The notes: generated by a model not told the origin, from the sequence alone. DNA of 29,213 nucleotides from a virus (IMGVR_UViG_3300020045_007193:1-29213), one strand, 5' to 3'. Counted from the stretch's first letter, positions 16,515 through 25,756 are shown. Made by a program: numbers and translations.

Positions 16515-17165
16515 CTATTTTTTAGTTTTTATCAATGCTAGTTTTGCGGTGAAGTATTTGCGTATGCGGATAAGGTCTTCCCTTTGCCACTTGTGAACGC
16601 CTTGCAGTTTGTCAAGTCGAGCTTTTTCATCCAATGACTCTACAAATTCTGCGCCCTTTCTTTCGGTAAGTCCAATTCGATAGCCGCTTTCATTTCCGTT
16701 TTCGTATAGGTTACATCTTTGGCAACCTCCAAAAACATTTTCTTCGTCAAACTTTAAACGAGGGAACTTGTGAGCAGGCAAAAAGTGGCAAGCCTGAAAC
16801 GAAGGCATCCAAGGAGTAGAGCAACTTATGCAATTCAGATTTTTATCCCTTTCTCTTACATAAGCGTGAAAAGCATCCACAGCACATTTAATCAGGTTAG
16901 GAATAGTCTTTCTTTCTTCGTAATCCCGTGAAGCAGCTTTAAAATCATCCCGCTTCTTAACAATAGGAGCTACAACCTTTTTAACCATCTTTTGCCCTTC
17001 TTCTGAATCTGCGAGCCATCTGTAATAACAAGACTGACATAATCCATAAGTCCGAAACATAGCGTTCTTCGAGCATCCATAACCAACGGCACGACCTGAA
17101 CCTTTGCATTGCTTCTCTTTCGGCACTATCGCTGTTCTCTTTATTCCTTTTCGTTGATATGACAT
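16515..17165 (-). CDS. ninG: NinG/Rap-like recombination endonuclease
   Basis: FHAYVRERD...CISC...ACHF...LKFDEENVFGGCQRCN; extra N-terminal Cys cluster. Confidence 0.8.
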   Translation of the reverse strand: MSYQRKGIKRTAIVPKEKQCKGSGRAVGYGCSKNAMFRTYGLCQSCYYRWLADSEEGQKMVKKVVAPIVKKRDDFKAASRDYEERKTIPNLIKCAVDAFHAYVRERDKNLNCISCSTPWMPSFQACHFLPAHKFPRLKFDEENVFGGCQRCNLYENGNESGYRIGLTERKGAEFVESLDEKARLDKLQGVHKWQREDLIRIRKYFTAKLALIKTKK

Positions 17166-17174
17166 AGTAGGGGG

Positions 17175-18011
17175 TTAGTTTGTTGTCCATAATGTAGGCG
17201 CTGACTTTTCGAGCTTTGATTTTGCGAAACCGAATTGCTTTATTTCTTCTTTTGCCAGCTTTTCTTCTTCAATCCAGTTCTTTGCTTTGGTGAAAAAGTC
17301 TTTTTTAATCTCAAATCCATATCCTTTTCGGTTCAATCTTTCAGCGGCAACTATTGTACTGCCACTCCCTGCGCAGGGGTCAATAACCACGTCCCCTTCA
17401 TCGGTGAATATTTCAATTAATGTTTTCAGAAGTTCAACGGGCTTTTGGGTAGGGTGTATCTTTTCGCTTTCATTATCTCTAGGCCAGTCAAGACAATTAA
17501 ATATCATCTTGCCATTATTCCTGAATTTTGGTAGCCTGTCTCTGTAAAGGATTAAGCCGTATTCACAATTCCCCACAACTTTCATATTGGCTTTTAAAAC
17601 CTGTGCTGAAAAGTTTTTACGGAAAACAAGATTGATATAGTTGTTAAGCCCGTATTTCTTCGCCAATTCGATTAAATACATTTGCTGGTCAAAAGCGCAA
17701 AAGATAATCATACAAGGAGCGTCCCCTTTCTGCCTTGCCTCCCCCTCAACTTTCTTTGATGGCTTTGTTTCAGATTTCAGCATTGTACTACAGAAGTGCA
17801 TAAACTCTGCTGGTCTAAAATCTTCATCAGTATCAAAAAAGCTTTTACCTGCCAAAGCACTTTCCCCATTTGCGTTGTCCCCATCTTTATACCATGCAGG
17901 ATTAGAGGCGTAAGCGTTATTCCCCAAATTATAAGGAATGTCTGCTATGATTAATTGTGCTTTTGGTATAGCGTATGACTTGTAATTCTGAAAGTGGTCT
18001 CTATATATCAT
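17175..18011 (-). CDS. Orphan N6-adenine/N4-cytosine DNA methyltransferase (beta class)
   Basis: Motif IV variant DIPY before HPTQKP and motif I DPCAGSGST. Confidence 0.9.
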   Translation of the reverse strand: MIYRDHFQNYKSYAIPKAQLIIADIPYNLGNNAYASNPAWYKDGDNANGESALAGKSFFDTDEDFRPAEFMHFCSTMLKSETKPSKKVEGEARQKGDAPCMIIFCAFDQQMYLIELAKKYGLNNYINLVFRKNFSAQVLKANMKVVGNCEYGLILYRDRLPKFRNNGKMIFNCLDWPRDNESEKIHPTQKPVELLKTLIEIFTDEGDVVIDPCAGSGSTIVAAERLNRKGYGFEIKKDFFTKAKNWIEEEKLAKEEIKQFGFAKSKLEKSAPTLWTTN

Positions 18012-18028
18012 CTTGACTATTTTGCATT

Positions 18029-18051
18029 AAAAAAGCCCCTGTTACGGAGCT
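18029..18051 (-). terminator. Intrinsic terminator-like hairpin
   Basis: On -: AGCTCC-gtaaca-GGGGCT-TTTTT. Confidence 0.6.
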
Positions 18052-18079
18052 ATGTGAGTTTATTGGGTGAGGGGGGAGA

Positions 18080-18352
18080 TTAAGAAAGCTTTTCGTTTTC
18101 TAATTTTTCAAGGGTAGCAAAGTAGCCAGCACCATCCACGAGGTTATCTCTTTTTGGTTTGTACATTTGTCGTGCCATTTTTAGAGCTACCATACATAAG
18201 CCAACTTGTTCAGGCGTTACCTTATGGCTTAGAATTACTGACCAAAAGTCTGCTGTAATCTGAAAATTCTCAGTTACACGTCCGTAATCCGCTTGTCTGT
18301 CACCGTAAACGCATTTTTGCGCCTCTTGTAAAATTGTTTCTTTATTATCCAT
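18080..18352 (-). CDS. DUF6378-like (nucleotide pyrophosphohydrolase-type) phage protein
   Basis: ILQEA...GDRQADYG...NF...W...MVALKMAR...DNLVDGAGY. Confidence 0.75.
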   Translation of the reverse strand: MDNKETILQEAQKCVYGDRQADYGRVTENFQITADFWSVILSHKVTPEQVGLCMVALKMARQMYKPKRDNLVDGAGYFATLEKLENEKLS

Positions 18353-18671
18353 TGTTTGTGTTTTTAGTAAATTGAATTAATCTTTCTTTCATTTGGTCGT
18401 AAATAATTAGCAATGATTCTGCGGCAGTCCTCATTTTGGTATCCCAATGCTGTTTATGAATTTCATTGCAAAACGCATTCCTTTCTTCGAATACCGCTTC
18501 TAAAAATTGTTCTTTATCTGACATTTTTAAAAGTGCTGCATCAAACCCCGCTATAAAATCAGGCTTAATAGCCATTGCTTCATTAACTGGTATTTGTCTG
18601 TAATTAATCTTTTCAGACCTTACCCTTAATTGTTCAAGCGTATAGTCATCCGCTAATTTTTCTTTATTCAT
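18345..18671 (-). CDS. Hypothetical protein
   Basis: 108 aa, FIAGFDAA motif. Confidence 0.7.
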   Translation of the reverse strand: MNKEKLADDYTLEQLRVRSEKINYRQIPVNEAMAIKPDFIAGFDAALLKMSDKEQFLEAVFEERNAFCNEIHKQHWDTKMRTAAESLLIIYDQMKERLIQFTKNTNNG

Positions 18672-18683
18672 AGTAATATATTT

Positions 18684-19118
18684 TTAAATTGCCTGTTTGT
18701 ATAGGTTGTAGAAGTTTATAATGTCGTCCTTTGTTTTCGGGATGGGTATTTGGTTAGCCTTGCAAATATTTTCTATCTGCCCTGCTTTTCGTAACGAGTA
18801 CCATTCTAAAGGTTGGTAAGTTTTGGTTTTAACTTTCGATACCCTTACTTTCCGCACAGCCTTTTCTTTTTCTGTATAAAATACTCTGGGCGTATATTCT
18901 GATTTATCCTTTACTAAAGTGTAAACAAAATCCCTGCCAACTTCTTCTTTATCAATTAACCCCTTTTTTGAAAGTTTAAACAAGGCATTTCGTGTTGTTG
19001 CTTTTTCTAGTTTCGTTAATGGCTTCCCTTCTTGCAGCTCCATTTTATCGAATATCTTTTGAAGAAATACACTTTCGTTTATTTCTAAAGCGTTCAATAT
19101 CTTCTGCATTATTGTCAT
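18684..19118 (-). CDS. Winged-helix DNA-binding protein
   Basis: TTRNALFKLSKKGLIDKEEVGRDFVYTL. Confidence 0.65.
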   Translation of the reverse strand: MTIMQKILNALEINESVFLQKIFDKMELQEGKPLTKLEKATTRNALFKLSKKGLIDKEEVGRDFVYTLVKDKSEYTPRVFYTEKEKAVRKVRVSKVKTKTYQPLEWYSLRKAGQIENICKANQIPIPKTKDDIINFYNLYKQAI

Positions 19119-19242
19119 TGAATAGTTGTTTTAATGTTTTATCGTTAATAATCATTCCTTCGTAATCAGGATTTAAAGTGTACCATAAACCGTTAACCTT
19201 TACAAATCCATTCTTTTCTATAAAGTCCTTTAGTCGTTCCAA
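19045..19242 (-). CDS. Hypothetical protein
   Basis: 65 aa, overlaps both neighbours. Confidence 0.5.
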   Translation of the reverse strand: MERLKDFIEKNGFVKVNGLWYTLNPDYEGMIINDKTLKQLFNDNNAEDIERFRNKRKCISSKDIR

Positions 19243-20675
19243 AATTCTTTGCTGGGTCTTTGAACTGATTGAACAGGTAGTTTTGCAGATTCGTATTCAA
19301 TTTCTTTTTTTACAAAATCGGGTTCTGCATCAAAAAATCTCATTCCGTTAAACGTGCAATGGATATTCTTTTTTGGTAGAAGTCTAAGTTTTGCCACAAT
19401 GATTTTAGCTTTACCTTCTGTACTGTTACCATCTGCATCATTTTCTATCCCGTGATGTTCAGGTCTGAATGGCATTAGTATTACATCTGCTGCCTGCTCA
19501 ATACCACCTGCATACTTAATATCCGTTGGTTGGTGCATACGTTTGTCGGTAAGTTCTTTTCTTGCCAACTGCGCCAATGCAATAACTGGTATATCAAGTT
19601 CTTTAGCTAATTCTTTCAGCTTATTTGCAATGGTGGTAAATTTCTGTTCAGGGTTATTGTATTCAATATCTGTATTAGCAAGGTGTATATGGTCAATAAA
19701 CAACTGTTTTATTTGGTATTTATCAACCCACATTTTACCAACTGCCTTTATTTCACTAATTGTCATTCCTGCCTTATCGGTAATATGAAAAGGCATTTGC
19801 TCAATTTTGGAAACATACTGCCCGACTTTTATTACATCATCCATTTTTGCACCACCTTGCATAATTGATTCGGTATTAATATTCAATTCTGTGCAAGACA
19901 TCATTAACATCAATTCTTTAGTTGCCATCTCTAAAGAAACATACCCAATCGGGATACCCATTTTTAAACTGTGGTGTGCATCTTGCAGGGCTAAAGTTGT
20001 TTTCCCTTCACCCGTACTGGCTGCAATAATTATCAAATTCCCGTTTCGATACCCTTTGATAGTTCGGTTTATTCCTGAAATAGATGACGCAATACCTAAC
20101 ATCCCGCTTTCAGATCGTTGTATCGCAGACAGTTCATCAATCAATTCTTTACCTGCATCCTGCAATGATTTTTCTTTCATCCCTGCAATGTGCAAGTAGA
20201 TTTTACTTATACTTTCAGAAACAGTACCTAAAAGCTGTAATTTATCTTCGTCCTCAGATACCGCATTTTTGACGATAAAATGCCCCATCCGATAAAATGT
20301 ACGCTGTATCCAACTTTCGTTTAAAATAAGGCAGTATTTAACTATTTCTGACGGGTTGCACTTGTATCCAATCAGGCACAAAACATAAACTTCGGTTTCT
20401 CTGTCGTTTCTTTCTTTAAAATATGCAGCAACTTTATCATCGAATGGAATTATCCCGTCCCTATGGAATTGAACAATAACATCAAATATTTTGCTGTGCA
20501 TTTCATTGTAAAAAATGCCCTTTTGTTTCAGGTACTTGAAATGAGAATTAAAGTCGGGAGTATGAAAAAAGAAATACCCCAAAACCGAACGTTCAATGTT
20601 GTAGTTGTGGGGTAGTATGGTATGCTCTTTTATATCCGATAACGTAAAGTCGAAAACGTAGGGTTTCTGTCTCAT
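19230..20675 (-). CDS. dnaB: Replicative DNA helicase, DnaB family
   Basis: Walker A ASTGEGKTT, SLEM, IDHIHL, LKELAKELDIPVIALAQL, GGIEQAADV. Confidence 0.92.
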   Translation of the reverse strand: MRQKPYVFDFTLSDIKEHTILPHNYNIERSVLGYFFFHTPDFNSHFKYLKQKGIFYNEMHSKIFDVIVQFHRDGIIPFDDKVAAYFKERNDRETEVYVLCLIGYKCNPSEIVKYCLILNESWIQRTFYRMGHFIVKNAVSEDEDKLQLLGTVSESISKIYLHIAGMKEKSLQDAGKELIDELSAIQRSESGMLGIASSISGINRTIKGYRNGNLIIIAASTGEGKTTLALQDAHHSLKMGIPIGYVSLEMATKELMLMMSCTELNINTESIMQGGAKMDDVIKVGQYVSKIEQMPFHITDKAGMTISEIKAVGKMWVDKYQIKQLFIDHIHLANTDIEYNNPEQKFTTIANKLKELAKELDIPVIALAQLARKELTDKRMHQPTDIKYAGGIEQAADVILMPFRPEHHGIENDADGNSTEGKAKIIVAKLRLLPKKNIHCTFNGMRFFDAEPDFVKKEIEYESAKLPVQSVQRPSKEFWND

Positions 20676-21331
20676 TCTTTGAAAATTCTGTTTAATTCGT
20701 TTTTGTCAATCAATCCTCCGTCTGCTGTTGCCACCATTTCAGCAACAGGTTTATTTGTATTCTTTGAAAATTTAGATTGGTTGTTATACCAACGCTTTAG
20801 TCTAAGGTTTAAATCAAAAACCTTCTCTGATTCAAAACGCATTTTAGTTCCGCTTTCATTTTTCTCTCTCCAGTAGTTGTAAAATTCTTTTACCATCACT
20901 TCCCCATATTCAGGAATAAATGATTCAAGTTTTAGTTGAAACGACTTTAGTCGCTCCTCTATATCTTTTTTTACATTACCATTTACATTTACACTTACAG
21001 TTGGATTTCGTTGGATTTCGTTCAACGAAATTGAACGGTCGTTGGATTCCGTTGAACGGTCGTTGGATTTATTTGCTCTTTGTTCAGCACTTTTTGCTCC
21101 TGCTAATTTCCTTTGTTCTCGTTGTCCTTCCCATTTCTGCAAGTCTCTTTTAAGCGTGCTTTTAATCTGCTCAAATAAAGCTTTTACTACAAAATCATCT
21201 GTCACGGGATTTTCGTCATTAACATAGGAGAAAACGTGTTTTATTAATCGTCCTGCAATATCATCAGGTAAGGAACTAAATGTCCCATACCAATCAGAAT
21301 AAGCAATGAATGATTTTTTATTTTCTGCCAT
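20672..21331 (-). CDS. Phage replication initiator (DUF6291-like N-terminus)
   Basis: KKSFIAYSDW...AGRLIKHVFSY; FYNYW...RLKRW C-terminus; directly upstream of the helicase; internal repeats. Confidence 0.75.
   Translation of the reverse strand: MAENKKSFIAYSDWYGTFSSLPDDIAGRLIKHVFSYVNDENPVTDDFVVKALFEQIKSTLKRDLQKWEGQREQRKLAGAKSAEQRANKSNDRSTESNDRSISLNEIQRNPTVSVNVNGNVKKDIEERLKSFQLKLESFIPEYGEVMVKEFYNYWREKNESGTKMRFESEKVFDLNLRLKRWYNNQSKFSKNTNKPVAEMVATADGGLIDKNELNRIFKE
20970..21070. repeat. Iteron-like repeats / putative replication origin within the initiator gene
   Basis: GTTGGATT x4 (21000, 21010, 21041, 21062); TTGAACGGTCGTTGGATT x2; palindrome TTTCGTT-C-AACGAAA at 21016-21030. Confidence 0.7.
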
Positions 21332-21396
21332 TGTCTGTTTTAGTTTAAATTGTTCTCAATAATTAAAGGTTCATCTTATATTGGTTGGTTGGGGGG

Positions 21397-21756
21397 CTAC
21401 TTTAGTAGTTCGGGATTTTGGTAGATGTTGCCAATAACTTTTATCATAGAAGGCAGAATGCAGTAATCGTTGAAATATGTTTTGTTATCCTTTAAGGCAA
21501 ACCCGTTGCCTTTGTAAATGATTTCGGTTACATATTCTCCAATCCGCTTAGCCCCTTTTACTTTTACAATGTCCCCTTCGTAAACTTCTGTTCCATTTTC
21601 ATCTTTACGCCCCGTGTATTGCATTATTGGATATGCACCATTAATGGCATCAATTAAATATGTAGACTTAATTGCATAGTCGTGGTTAATCATTACTCCT
21701 TGATAACTATCTTTTGTAGGTGTGTCATCCCAAACTCTAAATTTTAGTTCTCTCAT
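21397..21756 (-). CDS. YopX family protein
   Basis: MRELKFRVWD...MQYTGRKDENGTEVYEGDIV...VIGNIYQNPELL. Confidence 0.9.
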   Translation of the reverse strand: MRELKFRVWDDTPTKDSYQGVMINHDYAIKSTYLIDAINGAYPIMQYTGRKDENGTEVYEGDIVKVKGAKRIGEYVTEIIYKGNGFALKDNKTYFNDYCILPSMIKVIGNIYQNPELLK

Positions 21757-21758
21757 AG

Positions 21759-22103
21759 CTATTTATTTTTATTGTTTAAGCAATCCATTAATGCCTTTAC
21801 ATCTACATCAGGCAAAGCCCACACCTGCTGCAATTTTCCGCTTGTGTAGTGTGTTTTTCTTGTTCTTGCCTGTTCTTCTGTCAGGATGATTTTATCTTTC
21901 TTTTGAAGGTCTGTAAACCGCTTTCCTATCATTTCTGTAGTAAAGTGTTTATTGGGGAAGGTTTCATTGAGATATATTGTAATGCTATCTCTAGTTCCTA
22001 TACCCATCATTTTGAAGGCTAAAAAAGCCCAATCCTCCATTCTTTCAATGTCTCCATTTTCTTTCTGCTCTCTATAGGCTATTGTTGATGTTTCGATTTG
22101 CAT
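21759..22103 (-). CDS. Putative winged-helix protein (likely start MQIET)
   Basis: TRDSI...IGKRFTDLQKKDKII. Confidence 0.6.
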   Translation of the reverse strand: MQIETSTIAYREQKENGDIERMEDWAFLAFKMMGIGTRDSITIYLNETFPNKHFTTEMIGKRFTDLQKKDKIILTEEQARTRKTHYTSGKLQQVWALPDVDVKALMDCLNNKNK

Positions 22104-22107
22104 TGTT

Positions 22108-22317
22108 TTAGGATTTTGAAAGTGAATTGATGAATTGGATTTGCTCGTCATTGGTCTTATTGTTAAACAAGGATTCAATCCAGCTTATACTGTCAATTGT
22201 GGCTGTTTGAGTGTAACCTTCGCTTATTAAATGAAAATGCTGCTCTTTTGCGTCTTCAATACCTAGTGCTTTTATTGCTCCATCCTTATAATAGATGAAT
22301 AAAAAATTGTCTTGCAT
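22108..22317 (-). CDS. Hypothetical protein
   Basis: 69 aa. Confidence 0.7.
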   Translation of the reverse strand: MQDNFLFIYYKDGAIKALGIEDAKEQHFHLISEGYTQTATIDSISWIESLFNNKTNDEQIQFINSLSKS

Positions 22318-22349
22318 TTTGATTGATGTTTAAGTTGTGAATGAATGGG

Positions 22350-22607
22350 TTATAAATCCTTTAAGAAGTCGTCAATAAATTTTGAAGTCATTTCATCTTG
22401 TTCTTTTGAAACCCGATGAAAAATATTAAAAGAAATGACTTTATTAGACTTCTTTTCGTCAACGAAATCTCTCAAAGATTTGTAGCTATCAGAATTAGAG
22501 TATAGGGTAATATTTGTGTCGTTTCTGAAATCATCATCAACACTAAACTTTACAATAAATCTGTGCGTATAATCTTCAAACGGTTCTTTAGAATACTGTA
22601 CTGTCAT
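22350..22607 (-). CDS. Hypothetical protein
   Basis: 85 aa. Confidence 0.7.
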   Translation of the reverse strand: MTVQYSKEPFEDYTHRFIVKFSVDDDFRNDTNITLYSNSDSYKSLRDFVDEKKSNKVISFNIFHRVSKEQDEMTSKFIDDFLKDL

Positions 22608-22618
22608 ATAATTAAATT

Positions 22619-22652
22619 AAAAAAAGCCCCGACTTATAAGGTGCAGGGCTTT
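22619..22652 (-). terminator. Intrinsic terminator-like hairpin
   Basis: On -: AAAGCCCTG...CGGGGCTTTTTTT. Confidence 0.6.
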
Positions 22653-22888
22653 GTGAGTGAATAAATTAAATTTCGGAGGCTAATTTGTAGAAGGCGTTAA
22701 TGATTAATCTTTCTCTTGCGCCAATTTTTATTATAGCTCCTGTAAGTTGTCCAAATTCTTTCGGGTCGTGAAATTCGGAATAATGATAAAAAACCTTTTC
22801 CCCATCATTTTTAACTATTAGCTTTTCTCCGGTATCTTCATTGAGATATTCAATTTTTAATTTCATATTTTGGGCTTTGTGAGTGAAT
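22646..22888. repeat. Identical 17-bp direct repeats GGGCTTTGTGAGTGAAT flanking one gene
   Basis: Copies at 22646-22662 and 22872-22888. Confidence 0.9.
22666..22866 (-). CDS. Hypothetical protein in a repeat-flanked cassette
   Basis: 66 aa. Confidence 0.7.
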   Translation of the reverse strand: MKLKIEYLNEDTGEKLIVKNDGEKVFYHYSEFHDPKEFGQLTGAIIKIGARERLIINAFYKLASEI

Positions 22889-22901
22889 TGAGAGGGGTTA
22901 G

Positions 22902-23135
22902 TTAGGATTTTGTAATCTTTATTCTTGCTTCTTCATTAAGAGCTTCGATATTCTTAACCAGTTTTTTAAGGGTTTTAATATCTGTAAATTGAATAGAGCG
23001 GTCTTCTTGCGTTAATTCAATCATTGGGCTATCTACTGAACCCCTGTAATAACAAACGGTTATAGGTAATTCTGCGCCGTCAAAAATGTCTCCCTGACTA
23101 AAATTGAATGTCGGGACTGTAATAAGTTGTTGCAT
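22902..23135 (-). CDS. Hypothetical protein
   Basis: 77 aa. Confidence 0.7.
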   Translation of the reverse strand: MQQLITVPTFNFSQGDIFDGAELPITVCYYRGSVDSPMIELTQEDRSIQFTDIKTLKKLVKNIEALNEEARIKITKS

Positions 23136-23147
23136 AAAATTGTGTTT

Positions 23148-23339
23148 TTAAATTGTGAGTTCATTCCTTTTTACTGAAAATCTTACTTTAGTCTTAATAT
23201 TCTCCACTATTAAAACATCATTTGGTGTTTTGTCTTGTTCTTCGAAGTAATCTGATATAATAGTGACAGAATCACCTTGCTTTGAATAATTGCCTTTTGT
23301 CTTGCCTTCTGATGGCTTATCTGTTAAGAGGGTTGCCAT
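23148..23339 (-). CDS. Hypothetical small beta (SH3-like) protein
   Basis: 63 aa, KQGDSVTII...VLIVEN...RFSV. Confidence 0.6.
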   Translation of the reverse strand: MATLLTDKPSEGKTKGNYSKQGDSVTIISDYFEEQDKTPNDVLIVENIKTKVRFSVKRNELTI

Positions 23340-23563
23340 TATCCGTACAGTTCGCTAATTTTAATAAGCTGTGCAAACTTTAATTTGGGTTGGGTTTCTA
23401 TTGGTTGCACCCATCCTTCATATTTCCCACGACTATCTTTTTGAGGCTTCATAAATCTGTCGCCATCCCAATACAGCATTTTCTTTGTACCATTAATTCG
23501 GTAGTAATTACCTTGTTCCAATAAGGTAGTGTCGGTAATTTTTGGATTCCCGTTATCAATCAT
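23339..23563 (-). CDS. Hypothetical protein
   Basis: 74 aa. Confidence 0.7.
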   Translation of the reverse strand: MIDNGNPKITDTTLLEQGNYYRINGTKKMLYWDGDRFMKPQKDSRGKYEGWVQPIETQPKLKFAQLIKISELYG

Positions 23564-23582
23564 AATATTTTAATTTTTTGTG

Positions 23583-24347
23583 TTAATTGCTTTGTAGGGG
23601 TGGAGAGAGAAGCTTTGATGCTTCGATTACTCTGTTGGTGAGAAACAATTTGTCTTCTTTGGGTACTTCAAAGCGAATGATATTGATGTTTTTATACTTT
23701 CTGCCTTCAATTAGGAATGGTAAATCATTTTCACGAGCCATTTTAATAAAGTAGTAGTTGCTTAGTTCATCAATTGGCAAATCGTCAATCATTTCAGATA
23801 TTGCAAGACTTTCAGACTTATAAGGCATATAAACAATCAATTCGGCAAAGTTTACCTGACTGATAATAGCGTTACTTACCAATTGCCAGTAGTACTTTTC
23901 TCCGTCTTTATGATTCTCCCGTATCCAGTTTATTGCTTCAATTCCCAACAATCCATCGTATAAAGGTTTTACCAGTTGACAGAAAGACTTTAATGTAAAC
24001 GGGCATTTAATATCAATTACTGCTGTTTCCCCCGCCTTGTTTAGTCCATCCCTGCTGCCAACCCAATTTGAATATAAGGGGTGTGCAATGGTTTCTTGTG
24101 AGCTTAGAGAATAAGATGTAGGCAGAATATCAAAGGCTCGTTTTTCCAGTAGCTTACCCCAAAGAAGCGGACGGGAATTGACTTCATCATCTAAACTCCG
24201 TCCTAAGTCACGCTCAAAGTTCTTTTCTTCAATATAGGTGTAAAAAGGCTTCCCGAATGAATCTTTAGTTTTCCCACAGCTAACAAGTGACACAATTTCA
24301 GAAGATGTGAAATTCCCAACCCGAAGCATATTTGTTGTGATTGACAT
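23583..24347 (-). CDS. YqaJ/lambda-Exo-like exonuclease
   Basis: RVGNFTSSEI, WGKLLE, GSRDG, IDIKCP, YYWQ. Confidence 0.8.
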   Translation of the reverse strand: MSITTNMLRVGNFTSSEIVSLVSCGKTKDSFGKPFYTYIEEKNFERDLGRSLDDEVNSRPLLWGKLLEKRAFDILPTSYSLSSQETIAHPLYSNWVGSRDGLNKAGETAVIDIKCPFTLKSFCQLVKPLYDGLLGIEAINWIRENHKDGEKYYWQLVSNAIISQVNFAELIVYMPYKSESLAISEMIDDLPIDELSNYYFIKMARENDLPFLIEGRKYKNINIIRFEVPKEDKLFLTNRVIEASKLLSPPLQSN

Positions 24348-25019
24348 TTATAGTTCTTTTAGTTGGTTAAATAATTTTGTGTAACTGGGTTCTTCCTTGT
24401 TATTGATTATTCTTTCGGCGTTAACAATATCATCCTTGCCCATAAATTCCCGCTTGATTTCAAATAATGTCTGCAAATCTTCAAAAGAAACGCTTTGCTT
24501 TAACAGGGTTGTGAAGTCGAATTGCTCTTTATGATTCAGATCGCTGCCAAATAATCGCCCGAAATGGTCACAGGCATCTTTAATGGCTTTTGATTTTGCA
24601 ATAGGTAAAGCCATTTCAACTGCTGATTTGTTTACGTTTGACATATCCAGTTTAAGACTGCCAGTATCTTTTTGCGTTTGAAGCTCACAAGCACCTACCC
24701 CATCGTTAAAATCCCATTCCTTTGTAACGGGGTTTTTATAATGTACTCTTACCTGCACTTCTACTGCATTGAAAAGTATTCCTGTTTTAAGAACTTCAAT
24801 CTTGTAATGGTTAAAGATTCTTTTCAGCAAGTATTCAATTCGTCCAATAGGCAGGTATTTGTAATCTCTTATGTACGGGTGAATCTTAACCCATTCCGCA
24901 GGTGGCGGCTGATTAAGCAAAACCATTAACTGATTTTCCTTTATACTTTCGGTTGTATCATCAACTATTTCTTTTAATGACGGCACACGAAAAGCGTTGT
25001 TTTTTGCAACTTGTGTCAT
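24348..25019 (-). CDS. Single-strand annealing recombinase, Rad52/Sak-like
   Basis: YLPIGRIEYLLKRIF...DGVG...AKSKAIKDACDHFGRLFGSDL; adjacent to the exonuclease. Confidence 0.7.
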   Translation of the reverse strand: MTQVAKNNAFRVPSLKEIVDDTTESIKENQLMVLLNQPPPAEWVKIHPYIRDYKYLPIGRIEYLLKRIFNHYKIEVLKTGILFNAVEVQVRVHYKNPVTKEWDFNDGVGACELQTQKDTGSLKLDMSNVNKSAVEMALPIAKSKAIKDACDHFGRLFGSDLNHKEQFDFTTLLKQSVSFEDLQTLFEIKREFMGKDDIVNAERIINNKEEPSYTKLFNQLKEL

Positions 25020-25051
25020 TTTCTTATCTTTGTTTTTTTGGATTAATAATT

Positions 25052-25079
25052 AAGACCTGATGTTACGGTCAGGGCTTTT
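25052..25079. promoter_or_regulatory. Intergenic hairpin of the AAAGCCCTG family
   Basis: CCTGA-tgttacgg-TCAGG followed by GCTTTT. Confidence 0.5.
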
Positions 25080-25107
25080 ACATTTGTTCTATTTCTTTGC
25101 GGACGGA

Positions 25108-25353
25108 TTATAAACTGCCAAGCCTATCGCAAAATCTCTCAACTTCTTCGTCAGTCATTTCAGTATTTACATCCTCAATAACTCTATCAACTATTTTATC
25201 CCAATATATTTCTCTTATTCTCCAATCGGGCGAATCGTCATAATGGCTATCTCCGTTTTTTGTATAATGGTCTAGCCAATGGTTAATCATATTTTCTAAA
25301 TCAGCATCAGAAAATTCGCTGCATACAAGGTCTTTTTGTTCTTCGTTTTTCAT
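25108..25353 (-). CDS. Highly acidic small protein
   Basis: 81 aa, very D/E rich. Confidence 0.7.
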   Translation of the reverse strand: MKNEEQKDLVCSEFSDADLENMINHWLDHYTKNGDSHYDDSPDWRIREIYWDKIVDRVIEDVNTEMTDEEVERFCDRLGSL

Positions 25354-25625
25354 TATGAAATAGCTTTAAGGGGTAGAAATGATAAACCAGCGTCTAGGAT
25401 GTAATTGTCAGGCATTTCGTCATCAACTGGATACCTTTCTTTTTTAAATTCCTTATCCAATTCTGCCCTAACCCGTGCAATCTCATTTATGATACCTTGC
25501 ATATCCATTTTAAAAACTTCTTTCAGTAAATCATCTGAAAATCCTTGCTCTACCTTTTCTTCCATCTTACCTCTTTTAATGTAAAGGCAATGTAATTCGT
25601 ATTGTTTGTCGTCTGTATGTACCAT
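25353..25625 (-). CDS. Hypothetical protein
   Basis: 90 aa. Confidence 0.7.
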   Translation of the reverse strand: MVHTDDKQYELHCLYIKRGKMEEKVEQGFSDDLLKEVFKMDMQGIINEIARVRAELDKEFKKERYPVDDEMPDNYILDAGLSFLPLKAIS

Positions 25626-25629
25626 TGTT

Positions 25630-25752
25630 TTAGTTTTTTGAGTATTTACGTTTAGATTTCTTATTGAAGTATTCAGGATGCAAGGCTGTAACTATTAAAC
25701 CAATTACCCCGTTTAGCCAAATGGCTGCTAGTATTATCCAAAGGAGTATCAT
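25630..25752 (-). CDS. Small single-TM protein (likely start MILLW)
   Basis: Hydrophobic N-terminus, basic tail. Confidence 0.6.
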   Translation of the reverse strand: MILLWIILAAIWLNGVIGLIVTALHPEYFNKKSKRKYSKN

Positions 25753-25756
25753 AATG

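Noticed and set aside
17175-18011. Restriction-modification system
   Set aside because: No adjacent restriction endonuclease; the neighbour is NinG-like, so this is an ordinary orphan phage methyltransferase
22334-22888. TTGTGA-containing repeats as a mini-CRISPR array
   Set aside because: Too short, no regular spacer length, a gene lies between copies, and no cas genes
25003-25032. Plus-strand promoter TTTG-N18-TATCTTTG
   Set aside because: Spacing is short, and the motif is explained by the A-rich leader of the minus-strand recombinase gene
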